64,000 nt of DNA from Candidatus Latescibacterota bacterium. GTDB lineage: Bacteria; Latescibacterota; UBA2968; UBA8231. Under the pieces are notes generated by a model. It ran no database searches, had not been told where the DNA came from, and saw only the letters and a list, made by a program, of their open reading frames with translations. Below are positions 47,329 to 57,609 of the stretch, in pieces. Each line of letters opens with the position of its first letter. Position 1 is the first letter of the stretch. The position numbers and the translations under genes are program-made. The stretch covers positions 4,032,001 through 4,096,000 of the forward strand of contig OZ241889.1 of NCBI GenBank assembly GCA_965203355.1, read 5' to 3'.

Positions 47329-48903
47329 ATGGCGAGGAACCAGACCAGTACGAATCGGGCTTGGCCCTTCCAAGAGGCGGCACAGATCGTCAAGCAGCGC
47401 CACCCCAGCCAAGACCGCCCGGTACTATTCGAGACCGGTTTTGGCCCCAGCGGCTTCCCCCATCTAGGTCATTTTTCCGAAGGCGTCCGCACCGCTTGGG
47501 TCCGCAATGCCTGCGAGCACCTCTACGGACTAAAGACCCGCCTCCTCTGCTTCAGCGACGACATGGATGGCCTGCGCAAGGTGCCCAGCAACTTGCCGCA
47601 GCCCGAGATGCTCGCCGCCCACCTCGGCAAACCCCTACACGCCGTTCCAGACCCTTTCGGTTGCTGTGCGAGTTTCAGCGACCACATGAATGCCAAGCTG
47701 TGCGAGTTTTTCGACGCCTCCGGCTTCGACTACGAGTTCCAAAGCGCGCGTGCCGCCTACGTGCGCGGCGACTTTGACGAAGGGCTCGCGATTCTCCTAG
47801 CCAAAGCCGAGGAGGTGCGCCAAATCATCGTGCCGACGCTGCGGGAACAAAACCGCCAACGCTGGTCGCCCTTCTTCCCGATTTGTACCAACTGTGGCTC
47901 GATCATGGCCACGCAGGTCACGGCCTACCACCCCAGCCGGGGCCGCGTGAGCTTCACCTGCGACCTCAATACCGGCCACTACAATGGGTGTGGCGAAAGG
48001 GGTGAGCAGTCGGTGTTCGGCGGTAGCGCCAAGGTAGGCTGGAAAGTCGATTGGGCGCTGCGCTGGTACACCTACGAGGTCGACTATGAAATGTACGGCA
48101 AAGACCTCGTCGACTCGGTGCGCCAGTCCTCTCGCATCGTGCGTCTGATGGGCAAGTCGCCGCCGGTTGGCTTGTGCTACGAGTTTTTTCTCGACGAGGA
48201 AGGACGCGGGTTGGCGAGCAGCGCCGGCCGCATGGGGGTAACAGTAGATGCGTGGAAGAAGTACGCGCCCATAGAATCCCTGCTTTTCTTCCTCTTTCAA
48301 AATCCCAAGCGGGCCAAGCGGCTACACTGGGACATCGTGCCCAAGTGCGTTGATGACTATCTCGATGCGCTGCGGCACTATCCCGATGTAGCAGAGGAGC
48401 AGCGCCCCGAGCAGGCGCTGTGGCACATTGGCACCCGAGGTCGAGACGTGCCCGAGTACGCCGCTCGGGTCAACTTCTCGACCGTCAACAATTTGATCGC
48501 GGCCTTGGGCGTGGATTCGGTCGCAGCGTTGAGAGAATACCTGGCGCGCTACGACGCCCAAGTCGCCACTTATCCGCAGATAACGCAGGCGCTGGTGGAG
48601 AAGGGCCTTAACTACTATCGAGACGTGGTGCTTCCCAACAAGCATTTTCGTCCGCCCACAGACGAGGAGCGGGGGCTCCTAGGGCAGTTGGCCGAGCGGC
48701 TGAGCGCGGCTAACGGAGCCACCGAAGAGGAGGTGCAGGCCATTCCGTTTGACTTGGCCCGCGAGGCCGGCGTCTCTCCCAAGGCACTGTTTCAGACGTT
48801 TTACGAGGTCGTGCTAGGGCAGGATCGAGGGCCGCGATTTGGCTCGCTTGTGCAGCTAGTGGGGAAGGAGCAGGTGGTGAACATGGTGCAGGAGAAAGCA
48901 TAG
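47329..48903 (+). CDS. lysS: Class I lysyl-tRNA synthetase (degenerate KMSKS loop)
   Basis: AWPFQEA, ETGFGPSG.PH.G, SDDMDGLRKVP, WKVDWALRW, YEMYGKDL and GPRFG. Confidence 0.88.
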   Translation: MARNQTSTNRAWPFQEAAQIVKQRHPSQDRPVLFETGFGPSGFPHLGHFSEGVRTAWVRNACEHLYGLKTRLLCFSDDMDGLRKVPSNLPQPEMLAAHLGKPLHAVPDPFGCCASFSDHMNAKLCEFFDASGFDYEFQSARAAYVRGDFDEGLAILLAKAEEVRQIIVPTLREQNRQRWSPFFPICTNCGSIMATQVTAYHPSRGRVSFTCDLNTGHYNGCGERGEQSVFGGSAKVGWKVDWALRWYTYEVDYEMYGKDLVDSVRQSSRIVRLMGKSPPVGLCYEFFLDEEGRGLASSAGRMGVTVDAWKKYAPIESLLFFLFQNPKRAKRLHWDIVPKCVDDYLDALRHYPDVAEEQRPEQALWHIGTRGRDVPEYAARVNFSTVNNLIAALGVDSVAALREYLARYDAQVATYPQITQALVEKGLNYYRDVVLPNKHFRPPTDEERGLLGQLAERLSAANGATEEEVQAIPFDLAREAGVSPKALFQTFYEVVLGQDRGPRFGSLVQLVGKEQVVNMVQEKA

Positions 48904-48936
48904 CGGTGCTGCGCCCTCGTTTTTACGGAGCAAATC

Positions 48937-49872
48937 GTGGCAGAGCAACAAGACCTTTTTTCCGCAATCATGCCGCCGGCTAAGCCTCGGCACGTCGAGC
49001 GGATGCAGCAGGTGCAAGAGGGGTTGCCCGCGCAGCTCTTTTTGGGAACGACGAGTTGGTCGAATGAGGATTGGGAAGGGCTAATCTATCCTGAGGGCTG
49101 CGCCGCGGCCGATTACATCGAGCACTATGCTAAGGTCTTCAGGAGTGTGGAGATCGACTCGACGTGGTATCGAGTGCCGACGCCCAAGACGATCGCAGGA
49201 TGGCTACGGCGGACGCCTCCGCACTTCCGCTTTACCGCCAAAATCCCCCGGGTGATCAGCCACGAAAAAATGCTCGTGGACTGCATGGGGGAAATGGAGG
49301 AATTCCTCACCGCAATGACCCCACTGGGCGAGCGGTTGGGGCCGCTGCTGATGCAGTTTCCATACGTTGCGCGGGGACAGGACGCGCACGAAAGCGAGTA
49401 CGGCAGCGCATTCACCCAACGCCTCGCCGAGTTCCTGCCGCAGCTGCCTGCGAGCGAGTTCCGCTTTGCGGTGGAGGTGCGCAACGCAAGCTGGCTGCGG
49501 GCGGAGCTGTTAGACCTGTTGCGCGCACACGGGGTGGCACTGGTCCTGAACAACTACTACACCATGCCGAGCTTACCGCACACCGTCGAGCGCGTCAATC
49601 CAGCGACGACCGACTTTCTCTACGTGCGCTTTCTGGGCAATCGCAAAAAGATGGACGCCCACGTCGAGGAGCGGATTCGCCGCGGCGAGCAGGAGCGGCA
49701 TTGGGATCGCCTCGTTTGGGACCGCGCCGCCGAGACCCAGCAGTGGGCGCGGCAAGTGCGGGCGCTAGCAGAGGCCGCGCCAGAGCAGCCCGCGTACGTG
49801 TTTTTCAACAATCACTACGCCGGATACGCGCCCGGCTCACTCGGCATCTTTGCTCAGGCGTGGAAGGGATGA
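48937..49872 (+). CDS. DUF72 family protein
   Basis: GTTSW..W.G..YP, VEIDSTWY, FTAKIP, LMQFP, AVEVR, YVRF.G and FFNNHY.G. Confidence 0.9.
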   Translation: MAEQQDLFSAIMPPAKPRHVERMQQVQEGLPAQLFLGTTSWSNEDWEGLIYPEGCAAADYIEHYAKVFRSVEIDSTWYRVPTPKTIAGWLRRTPPHFRFTAKIPRVISHEKMLVDCMGEMEEFLTAMTPLGERLGPLLMQFPYVARGQDAHESEYGSAFTQRLAEFLPQLPASEFRFAVEVRNASWLRAELLDLLRAHGVALVLNNYYTMPSLPHTVERVNPATTDFLYVRFLGNRKKMDAHVEERIRRGEQERHWDRLVWDRAAETQQWARQVRALAEAAPEQPAYVFFNNHYAGYAPGSLGIFAQAWKG

Positions 49873-49921
49873 GCGGCCATTTCGACCGCCATCTCGAAAA
49901 GTCGCTCCAAGCCATCGTCAT

Positions 49922-50233
49922 CTATTCGGGCAGCGCGATTTGGGGGTCGTCGGGGTCGGGGCGGTAGAGGAGCAGCGTGTTGCCCAAGACTTGCACTAAG
50001 TGTGCCTCGGTAGCAGCGGCTAGCTGTTCGCCGGCTTCGCAGCGGTCGAGGGGGCTGCTGCGCTCGCAGCGCACCTTGACTAACTCGCTGTTGGAGTAGG
50101 CTTCGTTGAGCGAGCGGATAACGGCGGCGGAAAGACCCTCTTTGCCCAAATACACGGTCGGCCGCACTGCATTGCCTAAGCCGCGCAAGTAGCGGCGATC
50201 TTTGCCTCGGAGCTTAGCTGCGGGAATCGTCAT
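49922..50233 (-). CDS. yhbY: YhbY/CRM RNA-binding protein
   Basis: RRYLRGLG..P.V.LGKEGL..ELVKV..VQVLG.T.LLYR. Confidence 0.9.
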   Translation of the reverse strand: MTIPAAKLRGKDRRYLRGLGNAVRPTVYLGKEGLSAAVIRSLNEAYSNSELVKVRCERSSPLDRCEAGEQLAAATEAHLVQVLGNTLLLYRPDPDDPQIALPE

Positions 50234-50332
50234 CTAATTTTCCTTCGTCAAAATTTCCCCTTCTCTCTCCCTTAGCATACAGACTCGCCACCGCCCTGTC
50301 GAGTTGGAATGATTTTTGCCGTTGGACTGGGT

Positions 50333-52738
50333 ATGTCCGCGAGCAAACAGACGCGCCGGCCCGCGCTGTGGACGGCCCTTGGATTCGGAATCGGCGTTTT
50401 CTTGGGGCGGACCGTAGCGATAGGCTCGCTCACAGCAGTGGCCCTAAGCGGGTTGGCCTTTCTCGGCGCGACCGTGGGCTTCTATTGCAAGGCGCGTTGG
50501 GCCGGTTGGACGCTGTGGGTAGCAGTCGTTCTGCTCGGCGCGCTGCGTTACCACATCGACACAGCCCTGTCCCCTTTGCCCCACTTAGTCGCGCTCGAAG
50601 TTTTCGGGCAGCGCGGCGTGGTAACCGGGCGCATCGTCCAAGAACCAGAGCATAGCGACGAGCAAACGCGCTTTGTCATAGCGTTAGAACAGGTAGTCGC
50701 CGACAGCGCCATGTACCATTTGAACGGACAAGTGCTAGTCACAGTAAAAGACGTGTACTGGCCAGCCGATTACGGCGACCGCGTATCCCTGTACGGAAAG
50801 CTGCAACGACCCCGTGCGACGCGGAATCCTGGCGCCTTCAACTACCGAGCCTTTTTGGCCCAGCAAGACATCCACGGCACGCTCTTCATCGGCAAACCCG
50901 AACAGGTCGCGTCCGTAGAGCACTTGCCCGGGCACTGGCTATACGAAGGCGTGGTGTTGCCCCTCAGACGCGCCGTGCGACAGAGCATTGAGCGCAATCT
51001 CTCAGGCGCGCCAGCCGGCCTGTTGCTAGGCGTGCTCCTCGGAGAGAAGCAACGGATTCCCGAGGAGGTGCGCGCTGCGTTTCGCCGCACCGGGCTGGCG
51101 CACGCGCTCGTGGTAAGTGGACTCCACGTCGGAATGGTCGGCGGGTTCTTCTTCTTTGGTTTCCGGCTCCTGCGGCTCGCCGACCGCCCGAGTTCCGCAG
51201 CAACCATCGCCGCGCTGGCACTCTACGCCCTTGCAACCGGGGCGCAAGTGCCGGTGGTGCGGGCGGTGGTGATGGGAGCGGTGGTGCTGTTGGGGCGGGT
51301 GCTCCGACGGCAGGGCGACATCTACAACACCCTTGGGCTGGCGGCCCTAGCGATCTTGGTGATATGGCCGGAAAGTCCGTGGAGCCTGAGCTTCCAGCTC
51401 TCCTTTGGCGCGACATGGGCCATCGTCGCCTTACACGGACCGCTCGCCTCGCTTTTCCCCGCCGCCTTTCAACGCGCCGACAGCCGAATCGATCGCTGGA
51501 TCGTCACGCCACTGTGCGCCTCGCTGGCAGCCCAGCTCGGCACCGGACCTTTGATCGCCTATTCCTTTCAGCAGCTAGCACTCGGAGCGGCCGTGGCCAA
51601 TATAGTAGTAGTCCCGCTTTTGGCACTCGCCGTGGGTTTGGGCCTGCTGGCCGCGTTGACCGGGTGGATTTTACCTTGGATCGCTACCGCGTTTAACGCG
51701 GCCAATTACCTAGTCCTCGTGGGGCTGATCGAACTGGTCTCGTGGTGGGCTTCGCTGCCCTTTGCGTCTGTGGCCGTGCCGCGGCCGGGCGGGCTCTTCG
51801 TCGCAATCGCCGCCGCTCTCTGCCTGCTCGGCCCGTTGCTGCCGCATAGGGCCTGGGCGCGCAAAGCCGCCATTTTTGCGGCGCTCGCCTGGCTCAACGT
51901 CTCGGTGTGGACTTACGCGCTCCGCGCCCGCGACTTGGAGATCGTCTTTTTAGACGTGGGCCAAGGCGATGCCGCGTTTGTGCGCTTCCCCGACGGCAAA
52001 ACCATGGTCGTCGATGGCGGCGAGCGCAGCGCCTACTTCGATTGTGGCGAACAGGTACTGTTGCCTTTCTTGCGCCACCGGGGCGTCCGGCGAGTTGATG
52101 TCGTCGTGGCCTCGCATCCGCACAACGATCACATCGGCGGGCTGGTAGCCCTGTTGGAGCAAATGGAAGTGGGCCACTTTCTCGACAGCGGGCCAGTCTA
52201 TGACTCGTGGACAGCGCGGCGGCTGCGAGAACTCATCGCCGAGCGGGGTGTGCGCTACCACCGAGTCGCAGCGGGCGACAGCTTGGCCGGCTTGGGCGGA
52301 GTCGCGGGACTGGTCCTGCATCCGACCGCGACCTTTGTCGATGCAGACGGACGGGTCCCTTTTGGCTTCAACAACGGCTCGGTGGTATTCAGCTTGCAGC
52401 ACGGAGCCGTGCGCGTGCTATTCACCGGCGACGTAGAGCAGGAGACGGACCCGGCGATTCTCGCTTGGGGGCCGCGGCTACAGGCGCACCTGCTCAAGGT
52501 GGCCCACCATGGCTCGCGCACTTCGTCGCAGCCGCTTTTCATCGAAGCAGTCGCGCCCTCGGTGGCGGTGATGTCGCTGGGAGAGGACAACAAGTTCAAG
52601 CATCCCGCACCAGAAGTCGTCGCACGCTACGCAGCACGCGGAACGCGAGTGCTACGCACCGATCACACCGGCGCGGTACAAGTGCGGATTGACGGCGCGA
52701 ACCTGGTCGTGCAGACGATGCTGGAGCGAGCGATGTAG
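50333..52738 (+). CDS. comEC: DNA internalization competence protein ComEC/Rec2
   Basis: NPGAFNY, HALVVSGLH, SFQLSF, FLDVGQGD, SHPHNDHIGG and KVAHHGSRTS. Confidence 0.95.
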   Translation: MSASKQTRRPALWTALGFGIGVFLGRTVAIGSLTAVALSGLAFLGATVGFYCKARWAGWTLWVAVVLLGALRYHIDTALSPLPHLVALEVFGQRGVVTGRIVQEPEHSDEQTRFVIALEQVVADSAMYHLNGQVLVTVKDVYWPADYGDRVSLYGKLQRPRATRNPGAFNYRAFLAQQDIHGTLFIGKPEQVASVEHLPGHWLYEGVVLPLRRAVRQSIERNLSGAPAGLLLGVLLGEKQRIPEEVRAAFRRTGLAHALVVSGLHVGMVGGFFFFGFRLLRLADRPSSAATIAALALYALATGAQVPVVRAVVMGAVVLLGRVLRRQGDIYNTLGLAALAILVIWPESPWSLSFQLSFGATWAIVALHGPLASLFPAAFQRADSRIDRWIVTPLCASLAAQLGTGPLIAYSFQQLALGAAVANIVVVPLLALAVGLGLLAALTGWILPWIATAFNAANYLVLVGLIELVSWWASLPFASVAVPRPGGLFVAIAAALCLLGPLLPHRAWARKAAIFAALAWLNVSVWTYALRARDLEIVFLDVGQGDAAFVRFPDGKTMVVDGGERSAYFDCGEQVLLPFLRHRGVRRVDVVVASHPHNDHIGGLVALLEQMEVGHFLDSGPVYDSWTARRLRELIAERGVRYHRVAAGDSLAGLGGVAGLVLHPTATFVDADGRVPFGFNNGSVVFSLQHGAVRVLFTGDVEQETDPAILAWGPRLQAHLLKVAHHGSRTSSQPLFIEAVAPSVAVMSLGEDNKFKHPAPEVVARYAARGTRVLRTDHTGAVQVRIDGANLVVQTMLERAM

Positions 52739-52739
52739 C

Positions 52740-53807
52740 CTAGTTTTGCAGCCCCAATTCGGGCTGCTCGATCAAGGACCGCAGGCGGTCGAGGAAGCGG
52801 GCCGCGGCGCCGTTTTCGAGCAGCGGACTCTCAACGGTTAGGCTCAAAGCGATCAACGCCCGCGGCACCACGCGGCCCGCGCATACAGCCGGGCGCTCGG
52901 CAATGCGCCCTAGTCCCAAAGCAGCGCGGTAGGGCGGGCCGAGCATGGGTGTAAAGGTATCGATCCCGTACATGCCGAGATTGGCGATGGCAAAGGTGCC
53001 GCCTTGTACGGCCTCCGGCGCCAAAACGCGCCGACGCGCCTGAAGCACTAGGGAACGCGCCGCGGCCGCGAGTTCGGCCCAGTTTTTGGTATGCGCGTCG
53101 CGGATGACTGGACTCACTAAACCATCGCCCGTATCTACGGCGAGGCCGAGATGAACGGCCTCGGTGCCCGCCGCATTCAACTGAGGATGCTCGGCCAAGG
53201 CGACGACCGCCAGCTTGGCAATGAGGTGGTGATACGCAGGGGCTGGCGCGTCTTCTGCCTTGAGCCGCGGGCGCAACGCTACCAATTCGGTAGCGTCTGC
53301 TTCGGTCGTCAGGATCGCGGGCCCTGCTTGGCTGCTGCGCCCGGCGGCCGCGCGTACGTCGCGCTCGACGATTCGGCCCGTGCGCCCGCTACCCGTGAGT
53401 ATGCGCCATTCCACCCCAAGCTCCGAAGCCACGCGCCGGGCGCGGGGGCTAATGGTCGGCCCGGCGGAGCGGGCCTGCGCCGGGACTGGGGCCGGCTCGG
53501 CCGGCGGCGTTGGAACCGGCTCGGCCGCAGCCGTTGCAGCCGACGCGGTAGGCATTTCCTCGCCGGGCTGCAACAGATAGCCCAACAGGGTGCCCACCGG
53601 CACGGTATCGCCGGGCTGAGGCGCGTCCGGGGGGATGCGCAGGATGCCGCCGGAAAAGGTCTCGATCTCGTTGAGGGCCTTGTCGCTTTCCACCGTAAAG
53701 AGGATTTCGCCAACCTCGACCGCATCGCCATCGGCTTTGAGCCATTCGACGAGGGTGCCCTCCTCCATGGTCCACCCCAAGCGGGGCATTGCGATTGGCT
53801 CGGCCAT
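52740..53807 (-). CDS. 2-oxoacid dehydrogenase E2-like protein with a degenerate catalytic domain
   Basis: Lipoyl motif ESDKA and E3-binding SPRARR..GSGRTGRIVERDV are present. The DHRxxDG motif is replaced by ESPLLENG. Confidence 0.85.
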   Translation of the reverse strand: MAEPIAMPRLGWTMEEGTLVEWLKADGDAVEVGEILFTVESDKALNEIETFSGGILRIPPDAPQPGDTVPVGTLLGYLLQPGEEMPTASAATAAAEPVPTPPAEPAPVPAQARSAGPTISPRARRVASELGVEWRILTGSGRTGRIVERDVRAAAGRSSQAGPAILTTEADATELVALRPRLKAEDAPAPAYHHLIAKLAVVALAEHPQLNAAGTEAVHLGLAVDTGDGLVSPVIRDAHTKNWAELAAAARSLVLQARRRVLAPEAVQGGTFAIANLGMYGIDTFTPMLGPPYRAALGLGRIAERPAVCAGRVVPRALIALSLTVESPLLENGAAARFLDRLRSLIEQPELGLQN

Positions 53808-53817
53808 GTGCTTGCTC

Positions 53818-54795
53818 CTACTCGGCCATCAAGTCGCGGATGGCCCGTTCTATGTCCTTCCTGTTGGGCGCAATCGCGGCCTCTAAAGGCGCACTGTACG
53901 GCGTGGGCACGTGCGCACCGTTGAGGCGGCGCACTGGCGCGTCGAGGTCGTCGAAGGCCCGGGCGACCACGGCGGCGGCGATTTCCGCGCCTATGCCGCA
54001 GGGAGCAAAAGTCTCATCGGCGATCAGCAGGCGACCCGTGCGGTGAACGGATTCGAGCACCGTGTCCATGTCGAGGGGGGACGTGGTGCGGAGGTCGAGC
54101 ACTTCGACCGAGATGCCTTCGCCGGATAGGGCCTCGGCGACTTGCAGCGTCTCGGGCACCATGGTCGTCAAAGCCACGACAGTCAGATGCTCGCCACGGC
54201 GGCAGACAGCGGCCCGGCCAAAGGGTATCGCGTACTCCTCTGCTGGAACCTCTCCTCGAGTGTTGAGCAAGGACTTGTGCTCTAGAAAGAGCACCGGATC
54301 GTCGCCGCGCAGGGCCGTCTTGAGCAAACCCTTGGCGTCGTAAGGATTGGACGGCACCGCAACCTTGAAGCCGGGCAGATGCGTAAAAATCGGATAGTAA
54401 TTGCCCGAGTGATGGGTGGCGGCCGCGCCGCCGACGCCAATGCAGCCGCGCAGGACGATAGGCATTTTTAGTCGGCCACTGCTCATGTATTGCACCTTGG
54501 CGATCTGGTTGACCAGTTCGCCGAACGCGTCGAGGATGAAGTCCAAGAACATAAAATCCACCACTGGCCGCGTCCCGGTCATGGCCGCGCCAGCGCACAA
54601 GCCGACGAAGCCGCGCTCGCATATCGGAGTGTCGCGCAGGCGCTCCGGGCCGTACAGGTCGAAGAGGCCAATAGTGGTGTTGAAGTTGCCACCGCGCAGC
54701 CCAATCCCCTCGCCAACGACGAAAATGGTCGCGTCGCGTGCCATTTCCTCGGCGAGGGCTTGGCGCGCCGCTTCTACATACGTGAGTTCGGGCAT
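53818..54795 (-). CDS. 2-oxoacid/acetoin dehydrogenase E1 beta subunit
   Basis: DTPICE..G..G.A..G.RPVV, DAKGLLK, DPVLFLEHK and DLR. Confidence 0.93.
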   Translation of the reverse strand: MPELTYVEAARQALAEEMARDATIFVVGEGIGLRGGNFNTTIGLFDLYGPERLRDTPICERGFVGLCAGAAMTGTRPVVDFMFLDFILDAFGELVNQIAKVQYMSSGRLKMPIVLRGCIGVGGAAATHHSGNYYPIFTHLPGFKVAVPSNPYDAKGLLKTALRGDDPVLFLEHKSLLNTRGEVPAEEYAIPFGRAAVCRRGEHLTVVALTTMVPETLQVAEALSGEGISVEVLDLRTTSPLDMDTVLESVHRTGRLLIADETFAPCGIGAEIAAAVVARAFDDLDAPVRRLNGAHVPTPYSAPLEAAIAPNRKDIERAIRDLMAE

Positions 54796-55799
54796 TACGC
54801 GCCGCCCCTTTGGCTAAAGACGTGCTCGGCCACGGTGGCCGGGTCGGGCCACGGGCTGTCGTGGGCAAATTGCAGGGCCTCGGCGATCAGTGCGCTAACG
54901 TCCGCGGCGATCGCGTCGAGTTCTGCTTGGCGGGCGTGGCCTGCCTTTAGCAGCCGGTGGGCAAACGCCGGGATGGGGTCGCGCTTTTTCCACGCGTCGA
55001 TTTCCTCGGTAGAGCGATAGCCCCGGTCGCGCATTCCCTCGGCGTGGGGCCGGGTGCGGTAGGTCTTGCACTCAATGAGGGTCGGGCCACCGCCTTGGCG
55101 GGCGCGGGTTATCGCTTCGCCGGTCGCCGCGTACACCTCGGCAACATCGTTGCCATCAACGGCCATGCCGGGCAGTCCGTAGGCTGCGGCGCGGTTGGCC
55201 ACCTGCGGATTGCGAGTGGTATCGACAAAGGCCACTTCCGTGGCGTAGAGGTTGTTTTCGCAGACGAATAGCACTGGCAACTGCCAGTTGGTCGCTAGGT
55301 TGATGCCTTCGTGAAAGGCTCCGTTGGCTACTGCCCCATCGCCAAAAAACGCCACGCCGACCTTGGGGACGCCCAAGAGCTTAAAGGAGTAGCCAGCACC
55401 AGCGGCTTGGAGGATGCAGGGACCCACAATGCCGCTGGTGCCCATCATCCCCACTTGCGGCGAGAAAAGGTGCATGGAGCCACCGCGCCCCTGCGAGCAG
55501 CCCGTGGCTTTGCCAAAAAGCTCGGCGATCAGTTCCTTGGGCGACACGCCTTTGGCGAGGGCGTGGCCGTGGCCGCGATGCGTGCTAAAAACCGCGTCGT
55601 CGTCGTCGAGGTGGGCGCAAACGCCGGTGGCGATAGCTTCTTCGCCGACGTACGTGTGGCAGGCACCGGGGATCAGACCGGCTTGGTAGGACCGGGCGAG
55701 TTGCTCTTCGCAGCGGCGGATGACCAGCATCTGGCGATAGAGCACCAGACAGGTATCCTTGTCGGGCAAAGCGGCTTCATTTTCAGTTGAAGTAGGCAT
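54795..55799 (-). CDS. 2-oxoacid/acetoin dehydrogenase E1 alpha subunit
   Basis: HRGHGH, GRGGSMH, TPP motif GDGA..ENNLYA, and KTYR..H. Confidence 0.93.
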   Translation of the reverse strand: MPTSTENEAALPDKDTCLVLYRQMLVIRRCEEQLARSYQAGLIPGACHTYVGEEAIATGVCAHLDDDDAVFSTHRGHGHALAKGVSPKELIAELFGKATGCSQGRGGSMHLFSPQVGMMGTSGIVGPCILQAAGAGYSFKLLGVPKVGVAFFGDGAVANGAFHEGINLATNWQLPVLFVCENNLYATEVAFVDTTRNPQVANRAAAYGLPGMAVDGNDVAEVYAATGEAITRARQGGGPTLIECKTYRTRPHAEGMRDRGYRSTEEIDAWKKRDPIPAFAHRLLKAGHARQAELDAIAADVSALIAEALQFAHDSPWPDPATVAEHVFSQRGGA

Positions 55800-56132
55800 G
55801 GCGGCGAATATAGAAGCTCAAGGGATTTACGCAATTATTCGCGCCCGTTCGCTGACGCCATTAAAGCGGTCCGTTTCGCAGCACCAGCGGCTTGGACCGC
55901 ATCGCCAACGTCAGAGGCAGCAGCGGCGCAAAGTGTTAGCGGCCGGCCCTTTCCCTCGACATGCACGGTCTGCCATTGAAGAGGAACACAACCAACGCCT
56001 TTTTTTGAGACGCACGACAAGCCCTAAATTATTCTTAATTGTTTTTTGATCCCGCGAAAACCTAGTAGTACTGGAGTCTCGCCCTCGGAACACGCCCGAT
56101 CCAGGAACCGCTCGACAGCCCGTTGAAATAGT

Positions 56133-57602
56133 CTAATCGACAATCGACGAACGCAACCAGACCCAGTACGCGGCCAGATAGGTGAACACCGCAAAGAAGC
56201 CCAGCGCAATCAAATCGACGATCGACGAGCCGGCTAACGCCGCCGCCGAGAGGTCTTCGGCAAACACCGGTATCTGATCGAACCCGACCTTTTGCGCCGA
56301 CAGTCCGTTCTTTACAAACGGAACGTGCAGACTGCGCGCGTCTGCCCGATCGATGGCGAGCAGACTTTCCTCAAAACGCTGTACATACCTTCGGGCTTGA
56401 GCGATGAAGTAGCGATACCGCGGCAGGCCCGTACCGGCCATGGGCTCCATCGCGTATTGATAGGCTCCCATGGGCGAAACCCGAACGATGTGCTGGGCTA
56501 AATTGACCTGTTGGACCCGATGCCGCAGCAGGGCGTTTTCTAACTCTTGGTGGTGCGTCCGTTCGGACCGCAACGCGCTCGAAAATTCCTTGATAAACGC
56601 CGGATCGAGCCGATTATTATTCTCCCATGCCAAGCCGTAAGCATGCCCCCGCATGGGATGCCAAATGAAAGTGCCGTCGCCATACTCATACACATGCTTG
56701 GTGTGTTCTAACTCATGCGCTTCTTCGTGGAACAGCTCGGCTATGATCTTTCCGGCCTGCGGCCACAGCAAAACCATACTCACCCAAACGAGGAGCACGG
56801 TCGTCAGGCTGACCCGCCGAGTGGAACTATGCGCCGAGATGAGCAACCCCAGCGAGGTGCAGACCGCTAGATAGACCACCGAGATCAAGACCATGACCGC
56901 GATGCGCACGGCGTGCGAGAAATCCAGCGACACATCCGCGAGCACCAAAACGATCAACAGGTTGAGCACCACGCTGAGCAGCAAGACCCCGATCAAGACC
57001 AGCAGCGCACCCCAAAATTTCCCCCACAGCAGCGTATGGCGCGGCAGGCTGTTGGCCATGACCAGCTTGAGGGTGCCGTTCTCCTTTTCGCCGACAATGG
57101 CATCGTGGGTGAACAGGAAAGCGGCCAAACTCAGCAAGACACCGATGACGAAAACCCAATCAATGGTGATAAAAGTGGAGAGAAGTGGAGCATCCTTTAA
57201 TTCGGTCGGAAAAGATAGAATCCACGGCCAATAAAAACTCTTATCAATGCTCCGGCCCCCGCTATGAATCGCCATATAGATCAATTTTGCTTCAGCACCT
57301 ATTTTGTCTGGTAATTTGTTGTCGGCAAAACCAGCACAAAACGCCAATGCACTCGGTTTCTTATAAAGTATCCCCGGACCTTCGAGCAGTAGCTAGCGCA
57401 GGCCTGCGGCTCCATTATCGCGCAGCTTTTGGTGTTGCTGCGTGATGTTTTCTCGGTATATATCTCGCTCGAATTGATAGGTACTGTGAACGAGAACGAG
57501 CGCATTGAGCACCATCAAGCCCACACACAGCATCAATGTCAAACTAAACCGCAGGCTTTGGAGTTGCGCGATGAACTCCCGTTTGATAAGAGTCGTCAGC
57601 AT
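56133..57602 (-). pseudogene. ABC-2-type permease interrupted by an in-frame TAG (57393-57395)
   Basis: MLTTLIKREF..GLR*LLLEGPGILYKKPSALAF continues in frame into DAIVGEKENGTLKL..LPR..GK. Confidence 0.8.
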
Positions 57603-57609
57603 GGTCCAC

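Noticed and set aside
55830-56130. Possible gene remnant downstream of the permeases
   Set aside because: Only short fragments in several frames, with no identifiable motif.
57393-57395. In-frame TAG as pyrrolysine or stop-codon reassignment
   Set aside because: TAG terminates many ordinary genes here, no pyl genes are visible, and neighbouring genes carry other lesions.
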